Shown piece by piece: positions 27,221 to 39,184 of a stretch of DNA of 64,000 nucleotides. A program made the position numbers and the translations under genes. The first letter of the stretch is position 1, and every line of letters begins with the position of its first letter. Origin of the DNA: Enoplolaimus lenunculus (taxonomy: Eukaryota). A model generated the notes under the pieces. The model was not told where the DNA came from and searched no databases. It saw nothing but the letters and a program-made list of their open reading frames with translations. The stretch spans positions 186,001 to 250,000 of the forward strand of contig JASANG010001519.1 in the NCBI GenBank assembly GCA_030248215.1. Reading direction: 5' to 3'.

Positions 27221-30200
27221 ATCAGCAGACGAGGAACCGTTTACGTCGGCGAATGTGTCTTTTATTGTATTTCTGAAAATTTTTCGAGGAAATGCATATA
27301 TCCTTTCTTGTGCGTACTTACATTGCTGATCGTTAACGCTGTACTGAGAACCAGAGTGGAAAATGGGCAAGGATTTTTTACCCGACCCGCATTTACCCGC
27401 GAGTAAAAGCGCGGGTACCCGAGCGTACCCGCGGGTAATGTAACACTAAGCTAAGAATAAAATAACAGTTTGCTAAAAAACAACTTAACCAATAACGTCA
27501 CGTTTTATATTGAAAAACATACAATTTGAAACAAAAACTTGAATTTCTAAACTACAATTGGCATATACTCTGTTTTAGACATGGTTCCGGTTCTGTTCTA
27601 TTCCGGTTTAAACGAACAATACTAAAATACGGCGCCGTACAAACGTGTTAAATTAACCGTCAAGAACAGGTTCAGGTCACAACAATTTTGTTCGACTGAC
27701 GAAAAAAATCACCTCAATCCTGTGTGGTTCTTGCACATTTGGGTGCTAATTTGAATGCGTGTGGCCGTCGCCAGGGCTGCAGCAAACTCACCTTGCTAGG
27801 GGGGCTAAAAATTGCTTGGAGTGGCATACAAGGATTTTCGATGGACATACAAGCAAGGTTGAAAATGTTTCTAGAGTGGCGCAGCAATAATGGTCGTTTT
27901 AGGCTTCGGATAAAAAATGTTTTTCTATACGTTTCAGTGGGGTTTTGGCTAAAATACAGCTGAAATATATTTTACAAAAAATAAAATATGACAAAATATG
28001 TGACATCTTTTATGTTGTCAATGCTGATGTGTTAAAGTTTCAGCTTTTACTAAAAACGCAGTGTGGTTTGCAAGGATTTCATCTCGGGACACTGTATATA
28101 ACTGATGTAGCCAAATGTTGTTTGCGAGCAAGATTGGCGAGTTGTAAAACTTTTTAACGTCAAGAATTTAACAGGATGGTTATTATTCTGAAGCCTGTAC
28201 GAAGCATCTTTGGTCTCGTTTCTACCGAAACTTCGAGGAAGAATATATTTCTTTTTTCTCTCTTTCCATTCACCCCTCGAAGTGTTTATAATTTGTCGAT
28301 TGCTATATTATACGGAAAAGAATTTTGGCTTGAGCTTTCATTACAAAATTTTATCAGCGATTACGATTTAAACGTGATCTTACACAAATAATTAAAATTG
28401 CTATTTTGAAACAGATAGTAAATGTTAATACAAAGATTCAACCTGATTTCTATTGGTTTTAGTTTTTGCTGCGAGAATTTGCAGCTGCAACTTGCACTTG
28501 CAAGTTTTGTCAAAAAATTCCGTTCGAAAAACTTGCAGCTGAAAATAATTTATTAAAAATCATAGCTACGTATTTAGTTCACATGTGTGAATAACCATGC
28601 AAATTCACTCTGAATTAATTGCAGCCGCTTTCTTATGGGATAATGAAAAAATGCAAGTACTGCGTGCAATTTGTAGCTGCAAGTTCTCGCAGCAAAAACT
28701 TGCACGTGTGAATAGGGCTTAAACCTAAAAATATCAACACAACTTTCACCAGATTACTAGGTTCAACGGTGAAAGCATTAATTCTCGCTGTTCAAAGATA
28801 ATATACGCTTAGGCGGGAACTAGAGCGGCATGGGACGGCAATGTTCTACGTTTTTGACTTAAGAACAAAAAAAGATATTTTTGAATCTTACTGACAGATT
28901 AAAAATATTACCTGAAATGCATAGTAGCATTTCTTAACATAACACGGCAGCACAACAAAGATCATATTAAGTTAATATTTAGTAAATCTTTTAACAATCT
29001 AAATCGAGTCTACAACTTGTTTCAGGTCACGACTGTAATATAGAGTACATATCCGTTAAAAATATTAGTTTTGTGTATTAGGTCCACGTCCTGCCAGGTA
29101 AGAAATGGTATCTATTTTACTATATCTTCGTATTAATAGCAGTGAGGCTCGGTTTAACCCACAAGTATTTATCCCTATTGGAAAACATTATGCAGTTTTT
29201 TGGAGTTAACGCCTGTTTCTAGAATACATTATGATTAGACCTGTTTGCAACTAGTGCCGAAATACAATTCAATTGATATAAGTATTATAGTTCCCCTGAG
29301 GTTCATGCGGAATTTGCGAACCTGTATGGCGACTATTAGGGATAATAGTATGTGTTTTGGCAAATCAATGAGTACGGTTATCGTCAATCTCACACACAAA
29401 ACAGTGTTTCTGAATTTATTCAGAAAAGTATTTTCTGCGGCGAATCTGAAAGCTTTTTTCTGACATTTAAGACAATTTTTCTAAAAATAACTGGATTTCA
29501 GACTTTATTTCAAAACTTTTTTGAAAAGTTTTGGGATATAACAGAAATACTTTTCAAGTGCACTTGTCAGTTATATTTCTTAAATGTAAGAAATTTTTTC
29601 TTAAATATCAGAAGCATTATTTTGAGTGTGTGTCGCTGGTTTTGACAGTAAACCGCAGAATCGGCGACCTGAGATAAATTTCCAGTGAAGCCAAGGCAGT
29701 CAAATTTGACTCAGTTTGTGTAGTCAGGAAAAGCCTGTTTCCGAGAGAGTCAATTTGACTCCACATTATTTACAGTGTAGTATTTAGCTCTGAGTATAAC
29801 TTTGAATGTGAACGGGTCGTGCACCTTGCAGCAGTGACAGAACAATGACGAAACAATCTATACGATAGTTCACAATGTACCACACACATTATTTATTATT
29901 CATGCGAGCAACGAGTAACTCTACTTCAGGAGCCACCCTCATTTTTTCGCCCCAAGCATAATGGGAATCTAAACTTTTAAGCAGGTACAATATTTACAAG
30001 TAATTTGTCCTAACCTGAAGCTATTTTTTTCAGTTCACTCCGATATGTTAATTATATACCACCAAAACTATTCTGAAATTTAAAAAACTGTTTACAAAGA
30101 AACCGCAACTTTAAAAGATTGACTTGAAAAATTATATCATTTGCCACGTCATCCGTTGTGATTTTCGAGTGGACAGTGGTGTAAATATTTACAAAGACGT

Positions 30201-30327
30201 TGCGATAAAAAATGTTATCAAAGATTGGTCTTCAAAAGGTCTATATTTTGATCGAATTTCAAACATCATTGTGCAGTTTATTTGCAAAATGTGACGGAAA
30301 GTTTGCTGTAATCTTGACGTAATTTCT

Positions 30328-30559
30328 GGCCAATGGAAACAACAGGGGTGGAACAGTATTATAAGCATATTCCTAAGCCTAAGCCTAAGTTTAAGCCTAA
30401 GCCTAAGCGTAATAATGAACATATTCCAAAGCTTAAGCCTAAGCCTAAGCCAAGCAATTTCTAAGCCTAAGCCAAGCAAAAAAATTAGTTTAAAGCCTAA
30501 GCTTATACTCGAGTCTAGTTCCATAGAAAAACGTTCCGCTCATGATTTTTACATGGGCC
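30328..30559. mobile_element. TTAGGC MITE family B
   Basis: TSD TAATTTCT/CAATTTCT. Confidence 0.87.
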
Positions 30560-31458
30560 CAATTTCTAAACAAAATAGCGTTACTGTACGCTGTATAAGC
30601 AAGGCACGAGTTTTCTTAAAACCAAAATGTCATATTTATTCAAAACAATACCATATCAGTTATGGTTGAACAATCACTTTAAAGGTCACCCCTGCGAACA
30701 ATTTGTAACTACTCATCGGCTCAATAGCCAATTTGTACAAAACAAATTTTTGTATACTCTAAATCTCATTTTGAGATACAGCAACAATAACAAATCGATA
30801 AAACAACAGTTAATATTATTCTGACACCAGCGATTGCCGAGTGTGAAAATCGACCGAAATGTTGTGGCATTTACACCGCACCCTACGCAAGGCAGAACCT
30901 GCTTCTGGGGGGAACGGAGCTCAGTGAACGAGCCACCCCTACGAACATGTCCGCCTTCCGGGTGCGGCTAGAAATTTTTTTGACTGCATTAAAACAATTC
31001 AAGGATAGAGTTTTGTTTTCTTCATCTAGAAACGTTTTCAGTTCTTGTACCTTGTATACTAACGGTATCTTGTTGCCAGACTTCCTGTGCTGGTGATGAT
31101 AATAACGCACAACCAATTTGTAAAAATCAACCAAAAAATGTAATAAATTATTGTTTTGCCAAAGGATAAATGCAACCGCTTTTCTGTACCTAAAATTGGT
31201 CAATTTTTGTAAATTTTATGCATTGTAAAGACGTGTAGTAACAATTTTTTAGGTTAAGTAAATGCGTATCAGCAGCATTTCGTGAGAAAACTTTAACCAG
31301 ATTTCACGTTAATTTCCGAAAAAAATTAATACAAATTTTATTGAAACGCTGACTTCCGCTGCCGGTTCTGTTGGCCCAGAACAAATCCGGAACGTTTTCC
31401 AGCGGGACTGTAACAGAGTCAGGTTAAGCTTTACATTAACTTTTTTTGCTTAGGTTTA

Positions 31459-31667
31459 CACTGCAAAAAATTGTGAGTCAAATTGACTGTGTCCGAAATT
31501 GGCTCTACGGGACTACACAAACTGAGTCAAATTCGACTCCACCAGAGTCAAACGTGCGATTCAGTGGGTCTAATTTGACTCTGGCGGAGTCGAATTTGAC
31601 TCAGTTTGTGTAGTCCCGTAGAGCCTATTTCAGAGCGAGTCAATTTGACTCAACATTTTTTGCAGTG
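31459..31667. mobile_element. Family C palindromic MITE inserted into a TTAGGC family B remnant (~31373-31677)
   Basis: Near-perfect ~95-bp arms, TA TSD; flanks read CTTAGGTTTA|TAGGCTTA. Confidence 0.88.
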
Positions 31668-33042
31668 TAGGCTTAAAGAATTTTGTGAAAAATACCAACC
31701 ACCGGTGAATCCAAGAGGACATCCATTCTAAGCTATGGCACCAATCGGGGATCATGAACCAAAATTTTGTATCAAGATTTAGTGATAAGCTGGTGTTTGG
31801 TTTTCTCTCGTTTTGCTTGACGCTTTTTTTACTATTAAATATTACAAGGATCCCATGTGCGAAATTTGCAGTCCCGTCACAGAAACGATCCGAACGAATG
31901 ACAGACTTTTCCTACATACACAAATGCGTTAATATATAATAAACAGGATTCGACCGGATATCCAGGTGCTGTTTAATATCCGACAAAACTGATATCCGTA
32001 TCCTATCCGGTCCCAGCATCACAAACAACCCAAAAAAAACAAAAAAAAAAAAACCGCGGGGAAAAAAAACAAAAAAAAAAAAAACACACACCAAAAACCC
32101 AACAAACAACCAAAAAAACAAAAAAAAAAAAAAAAACAAACCAAAAACCACCCAAACAAACCCCCAAACAAAAACCAACACATCCTATTCACACGGGCAA
32201 GGTTTTACAGCGAGCATTCACAGCAGCAACCTGTGTGAGTTTTGTGCAACTGCAAACAGGGTGTAAGCAGATAGCAAAGATAACGTAAGCGGAAGCGAAT
32301 GATGATCAAAATGACGCAAACGCAAAACCGATATTAAAATATAAAAGTTGCAAAGATGTTTTATTTTTCTGCCAACACAACTGAGGTATGCAAATATTCA
32401 TCGGGCTTGTGTAAAATATTCAAGAGAAAACCAGCGGATACATCTAAAATTTAAGATTTTACATGAAATTTGTAATTTTTATTTCATTCCGAATTGAGCA
32501 TAAAAATTACACAAATTCCAATATTTTTATACCGGAAAAAACACCGATTTTTACCGGAAACGGAAACGGATAGCCAGTTACACCCTGGCTGCAAATTTGC
32601 GCTATGAAACATAATTTTCAGTCTGAATCTGAACAAGCTGTTACACGAGAATTGGTTTCAAGGTAATTTAACGCGCTATACAATATTATATCATACAGCA
32701 CTAGCATCGTATTCAAATTTCCGTGCTTTGAGTTATATTGTATACATTTAAACAACTCGGAGCGGATTATATATTCCGTTCCTCTGCTCAACCTAACCGT
32801 GAAAAACTTGCGACCACGCAGTATAACGCGTTTTCAGAACTATAAAAGATTTCATTGGTCGTTCAATAAGCATATCTTGGTGGTTAATTAACTTTTCTGC
32901 CGTCCGTTCACAACGCAGCAAACTGTGGCTAATAATTAAAACTTTAATTGCAATTACTTTGCACGTCGATATATTGAATATTTTGTTTGCTTTAATTTTT
33001 ATACATAGCAACCGTGATCGAAACAAATTTTACAACATAAGT

Positions 33043-33243
33043 CGCCCGTGTTACTTTAAGGGGCGTCCAGGTTTTTGGTGGGTCTATAAAAGAGTAGGTT
33101 TCGATTCTAGATTACAGGTTTTTTTGCTTAGGCTTAGGTTTAGGCTTAGGCTTAGGAACACATTTTTGCAACGTTTAGGCTTAGGCTTAGGCTTAGGAAT
33201 ACGCTTATAATCTACTGTTACGCCCGCAAAAGTAACATAGGTC
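33043..33243. mobile_element. TTAGGC MITE family A
   Basis: Family A body with two TTAGGC blocks; termini slightly degenerate. Confidence 0.82.
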
Positions 33244-35708
33244 GCATAATGCGATGAAAACACAACGCATAGTAAAATATTACTGACTCAAATTCAATCT
33301 AATATTAAAGTAAACCAACGAACAGTTGGTTAATGTAGTCTTAGCTAAAAAGTTATTGAAAAAAGTTTTCACTTAACTGTCTCAATCATACAGTGAGAAT
33401 TTTAACATTTAAATTTATAAAAAAGTTAGTAAAAACAACTGCGCTTGTAAAATTTACACTCGATATCAGCCAGTATCATATCAACCTGATATTCAAGGTA
33501 CATCCTTCAAAATCTATAATAGACGCTGCAAATGTACAGAGTTATTCAAGCAATGGAGTGACAAAACTTTATTTACTATACCCGACCGCTATGAAATTCC
33601 TACCAACGTGTCTGTTGGTGGCTCTGTCACTTTTTAAACATATTTCAATCTAAAAACTAAAACACAAACTAAAACCAAATCGTTACACCAGAGCGATATG
33701 CACAACATCGGGATAGACCAATTTCGGAGTTGCGATTCAGGAGCCCTTTAATCACGAACTTCGCACTGTTTCAGTTTTTGAAACTATAAATAATAGCTGC
33801 TATTTAAAATTTTAACACCAAGCTAAAATTCAACGACACTGATTTATATTGTCAAAGGTAGTCTTATGGCATCTTTCATTTGCACAGTCCATATATAGAC
33901 AGTGACCCAAATGAAAAAAGCATCCGAATCTCATTAAACCGACATTAATCTTTTAGTTGACTAAAATCACAGGCGTCACTGTGTATATGCAAACCGTAGT
34001 CTACTATAGTTTCGGTGACCTATAACATCAATTCCTATCATGGGAATTGGGGATGTGACAAAAAAGATGTTCCGACACTGAAAGCTCTTACAGGACCAAT
34101 AATTGTAGCTTTATCATATCGTATTCGAAACCAAATGCGATGCCGATCAAAGTTAAAGTAGTATTTGGAATAAAGACGTCTAATGGTACTAGTGGTTTAA
34201 AATGAAAATCATGCGGACCTTGATGGTTTGCTTCGCATTTAGTTTGAAGGCTTAAACTCAGGCTTAGATATGACTAGAAAAAGGCTTTGACGAAAACTTA
34301 AGCTTTGTCTTTGGAAATATAAACATTTTCCTAAACATATGCCGGAGCGTAAGCCTATTCCTATGTCTTTCACGATAAGTGTATAAGAGCTAATTCTGTG
34401 ATCAAATATGTCAGCTAAGTCGTATTCAGACGTGCAAGTTTTTGCAGCAAGAACTCACAGTTGCAACTTGCATGAATTTCTCGCAGCTGCAAGTATTTGA
34501 AAGGAAACATCATTTTCAATCTGAATAATGACGTGAATTTATATGAATAATTTGGATACTACTGCAATGAATATCAGGCATAAGGCATAAGTTATAAATT
34601 ATTTGTTCAGCCAACGATGATGAATTTAATTCGACTTGCATTGCTATTCATGCCAATTAACTATTTCCTGGTGCAAAATCGTAACGAATAAATTGCAGCT
34701 GGTAGAAACATTCTCGCGTGCAAGGAATGCTCTACTAGAAACTTCTTGACTTGAAAACGTTTATATACCGATACAATTTCTATTTAGTGCTTAAAAATGA
34801 AAAACAAGCCCAGGCGCAGTCGGCGTTGACTGTGAAATATCTACCAAGTTTGTTGTTTGAATTGATTCAAGCTTCTTGAAACGAAATTCAAACGAGTTGC
34901 AACTGCGTTTACATGCGCGAATTAAACGTTGTACCCCGAATTCCAGCGAATAAATTTGCAGCTGCAAGTACTTCAAAGCTGTTTTGTGACCAAACTTGCA
35001 CATGCAAATCGTGTATGTTTTTTCTGCAAAACATTGCACGTGTGAATAGAGCTTTTTATACTTCAACCAGACTTCTTCAAGCCTGCCTAGATAATATGAA
35101 ACCAAAACTTACAACTGTTAAAAGCAATCTAAAGGATACGCGCCAGCTTAAATGCACTATTCATGGATCCGCAAATCATACTATTAATACCTTGTAAGTA
35201 CTAAGTTGTCCGTTTATCCTATTGTACTTATATTAATTTAAGCTTATGTTGAAACACAATCTGCCAACAAACATACATATATAGGTCGAGGAGATATTTA
35301 TATGCCGTCATTTCACAGCTAAAATGGTACATCTTTAAGGAGTCTACCTTACTAAAGACAAACCCCAAGCCTAAGTGTAAGCCTTAGCCTAAACCTTAGC
35401 CAACTCGATACTGCGTTTATCACTCAGTTTCATATACGTAATCAGGTCGTAGCGATAATTGAATGAATACTGAAAAAACACGGCAAACAAAAACACGTAT
35501 TTAAGAACTCTTAAATTGTTCAAAATATTTCGTTCTGCTGCTAGAATTTTTGACAAATTGTTACACCATCACTTGAAATATATTTCTTTGTCCTGCATCG
35601 TAAACAACTACAACTGAAACATTCTATATTCTGTTAAAACACCCGCCGATGACGTTAAGATTCGCCTAAATTTCTGTAAACGTTCGAACATTCCCAACCC
35701 ATGCGACA

Positions 35709-38700
35709 ATGGACCAGGATAATACAAAAGCAATCCGAGAAGACCTTCGTCAAGTAAAAGCTAAGCCAAAATCTTCCAAACACCGCAGCGAAGCTGAACC
35801 CAAACAATCCAGGGCAAAGTCTCGCCAGTCCACCAGCCCGAGTTCACAAGCGAGTAACGTCTCGTCGTGGCATGCTTCAAAACGTCGTCGAAAGACAATC
35901 GACGAATCAGTTGGAGGTTTGACAACAGCTGTCGAGTTTAACTCTGTCGAAGATATGGCCCCGGTTTACGTTGAATATCGACTAAATTCAGATCGCAAGT
36001 TACACACGGTCAAATGGTGCTTTGCGTGCTTTAATTTGATCGTCGCAACGTTGTTTGTGATGATGCTGGCGTTGTGTATTGGATGGTTCATACGAATGTT
36101 TTCAGTGTTTGCCGATACGCCAAATTCGCGTCCGTTGCTGTGGTGGTAAGTGTCGGTGCTTGAAAACGAGGCGGCAGTCTTTTAAGTTTACTGCATTCAA
36201 GCGAAGAGTATACTGTGTGCTGGAGGCGTATACCATCACCACTCAGCTATAAGAGCTTGACGCTCGAGCCCGAGGGGGCTCTCACGTCTTGTGGTGGTTT
36301 AGTACTATGTATACTTGTTGCAATTGTTAAACACGGTGCGATATATTATTTAACGTATATACACTGCGCTGAGTTGCCTTATAGGCAACTCAATGTGAGA
36401 AGGGGTTATAGATAGTAAACTGAAAATTTTTCGCTTAAAGATAGTAAACTGAAAATTTTTCGCTTAACCCTTTCTCACATGAATATAATGTGAGAAGGGG
36501 TTAACAATTTGTACACGTCGGCGATGGGTACAAAATGTCCACAAGGCAACGGTTGGTGTTTGGTCTCGAGCGTCAGGCGTTGGATCTCTGAAAAATAAAA
36601 GTAACGCAATGTAAATTGTGAAAATAAAAGTTTGATTTGTGTTTATAAAATATATTTTTTAGGTTTTTAATAATTACCATCTGCATTACCGTTTTATTGC
36701 TGTCGTTTACCGGTTTGGCCGGATCGGTGTTGGAACATCGTGGATTTTTGTACGCCTACGCAGTTTCAGTCACGTTCGTATGTCTTGTGCTGGTCGCAGG
36801 AATCATTGCAATATTTGTATACAAGTAAAAATGAATTGTGTAGTGTAGGGTTTCTGGGAGGGGCCTTGCTTATTGTCCCCTTATATTGCGGGAAGTCTGG
36901 GGACAGGCAGCACTCTAAAGGTCCAACCGAAGATAATTCTTCCATAAGGGGGAAGTTTTGTTTTGGGGGCAATTGTCTACGTATGGTAGCAATGATATAA
37001 AGACAAAAGAAAATTCGCGAACAAGAAGCCAAACATGCGAACGCAGTATGATTACCTGAACCAGAATGGCACCCAAGGCACAAAATTTTCTAAAATCGCA
37101 TTATGGGACAGCCCCCACGATGCTCGCCACCCCTCTGATGCGCATTGTTTAACAATTATTAGGCACGTGTATTTACAGTATTATACTTCCATAGCACATG
37201 ACAGCCTTCAAGTGTATGCCTGCTGTGTATTAAATGAAATCCGACCAAACACAATATTACTAACGGTTAATATTGGTTAAAATTTTTCAAAAAATAATCA
37301 AATTGAATGAAACTTTGCTCGGACAAACTCGGCCAGAACGCCACATTCTTTTTTCCAGTATATTCCACAAAATTTCAGCTTTTCTCAAATAAATATACGT
37401 ACCAATTTTTGCTGGCGTTTGCGAGCGAAAAGTATTAAGTATAAAGGTCAAGTCAAATGTTTGTTGCATTGATTCTGTATAATCAATTTTGTGAGGGCTC
37501 GCTACACTGCAAAAAATGCTGAGTCAAATTACTCTCTCTCCTAAAAATAGGCTGTTGGAGAGAGAATTTGACTCAGTTGGTGTAGACCCGTAGAGCGTAT
37601 TTCGGCGAGAATCAATTTGACTCACTATTTTTTGCAGTGTATCATCGGATACCTGTGGTTTGTAAGTACAAGCACAAAAATTATGTATTACAGTTGCAGA
37701 CCGTTTTCTGTACGGTATTCTGTGCGTAAAACCTACACATATTAGCTGGATTGTAAAGACGTGACTTAAAGTATGCTTAAGCCAATGTTCTTTAACGATA
37801 TTTCTAAAATTCCAGGATAGTTTGAACATTGATTTTCAACTTTCTTGTAGTAAAAGTAAACTCGAATTTTCACCTTAAGGTCATGTCTCAATAACACAGT
37901 CAGTTTTTCAATATACTGATCGGCTACGATCGTACACACTGTTGAGGCTTAGAAATATAGCTACTAATGTTAAAATTAGCTTGCAGCTGCGCAGGCCGGC
38001 CCATAGCTAGCTTCGCTCGCTACGGGGGTCACCGACTCATTACGAGCCGCATTCAAAGTTACTAGATGGCTCGCAGGCAAGGCTTAATCCTTACTAGGGA
38101 ACTGATTCACCCTTGGTACCCATCTGGCTACGCGCTGGAGCACAGGTTTAATGTTGTTTAATTGCGTAGCATTTCGTATATGGAAACTCGTACGGTGGGA
38201 ACATGCAGCGTTTGATTTCAGCGCATTAATAATGCGAATACTAGAAAATACAATGGCTGATTGGGTTCACACTACATACACTGATTTCTCTAAAGGCCAG
38301 CTAAACAACAAAGATTTTATGAGCCAGTACATCTTGGATGAAATTGTGATACATATGAAGGTACACGAATATGGAATTGGACTCTTGAATACTTTTCTTA
38401 AGGCTTTGATGATTGGGCTCAAGCTTAGGTAAAGGGGGTTAGCCAAAGTTTTGGGCTTAAATTTAAGTTCAGTATAACGGTTTACCTAAGCTTAAGCCTT
38501 GGGTTAATCTTTTGCTTTAAGTCCGAGCCTAAAAAGCTAAGCTTTACATGTGATAAAAAGTGTGGCACTATTAAAGCCTAAAACAGCTGATCAAACAAAA
38601 GAACACATTTACTTGAATCGGTCAATGTTTACTGAACTAACAATAAATTAGAATTAGTAATTATTACCAAAGACATTGGAAAAATAGTTTTTTACGCTTT

Positions 38701-39103
38701 CGCCGGAAGGAGGACCACACTGCAAAAAATAGTGAGTCAAATTGACTGTCCCCGAAATAGGCTCTACGGGACTACACAAACTGAGTCAAAATTCGACTCT
38801 GCCAGAGTCAAATTCGACTCACTGAGTCGCACGCTTGACTCTGGCGGAGTCGAATTTTGACTCAGTTTGTGTAGTCCCGTAGAGCCTATTTCGGATAGAG
38901 TCAAATTGACTCACCATTATTTGCAGTGCAGCATATCGTAAAATGAAAGGTAAGTAAATGCCGCTGTAAGAAATTTTACCCAAGGTATTAAAATTAAGGG
39001 TTCTACGTAAGGATAACAGTATAAGAACTGTTTTGAAATTATTTCTATTACCTCGATGTTGAATTAAAAATCAAAAAGAATAAAATTCTGTTTTATTATT
39101 TTT

Positions 39104-39184
<81 letters not shown>

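Noticed and set aside
32018..32182. A/C-only tract giving a Phe/Val-rich pseudo-membrane ORF on the minus strand
   Set aside because: Same artefact-like composition; no splice or coding context.
37287..37469. LWNILEKR resembling the Tc1 transposase C-terminal motif
   Set aside because: The match is very short, with no SPDLNPIE or other DDE motifs nearby.
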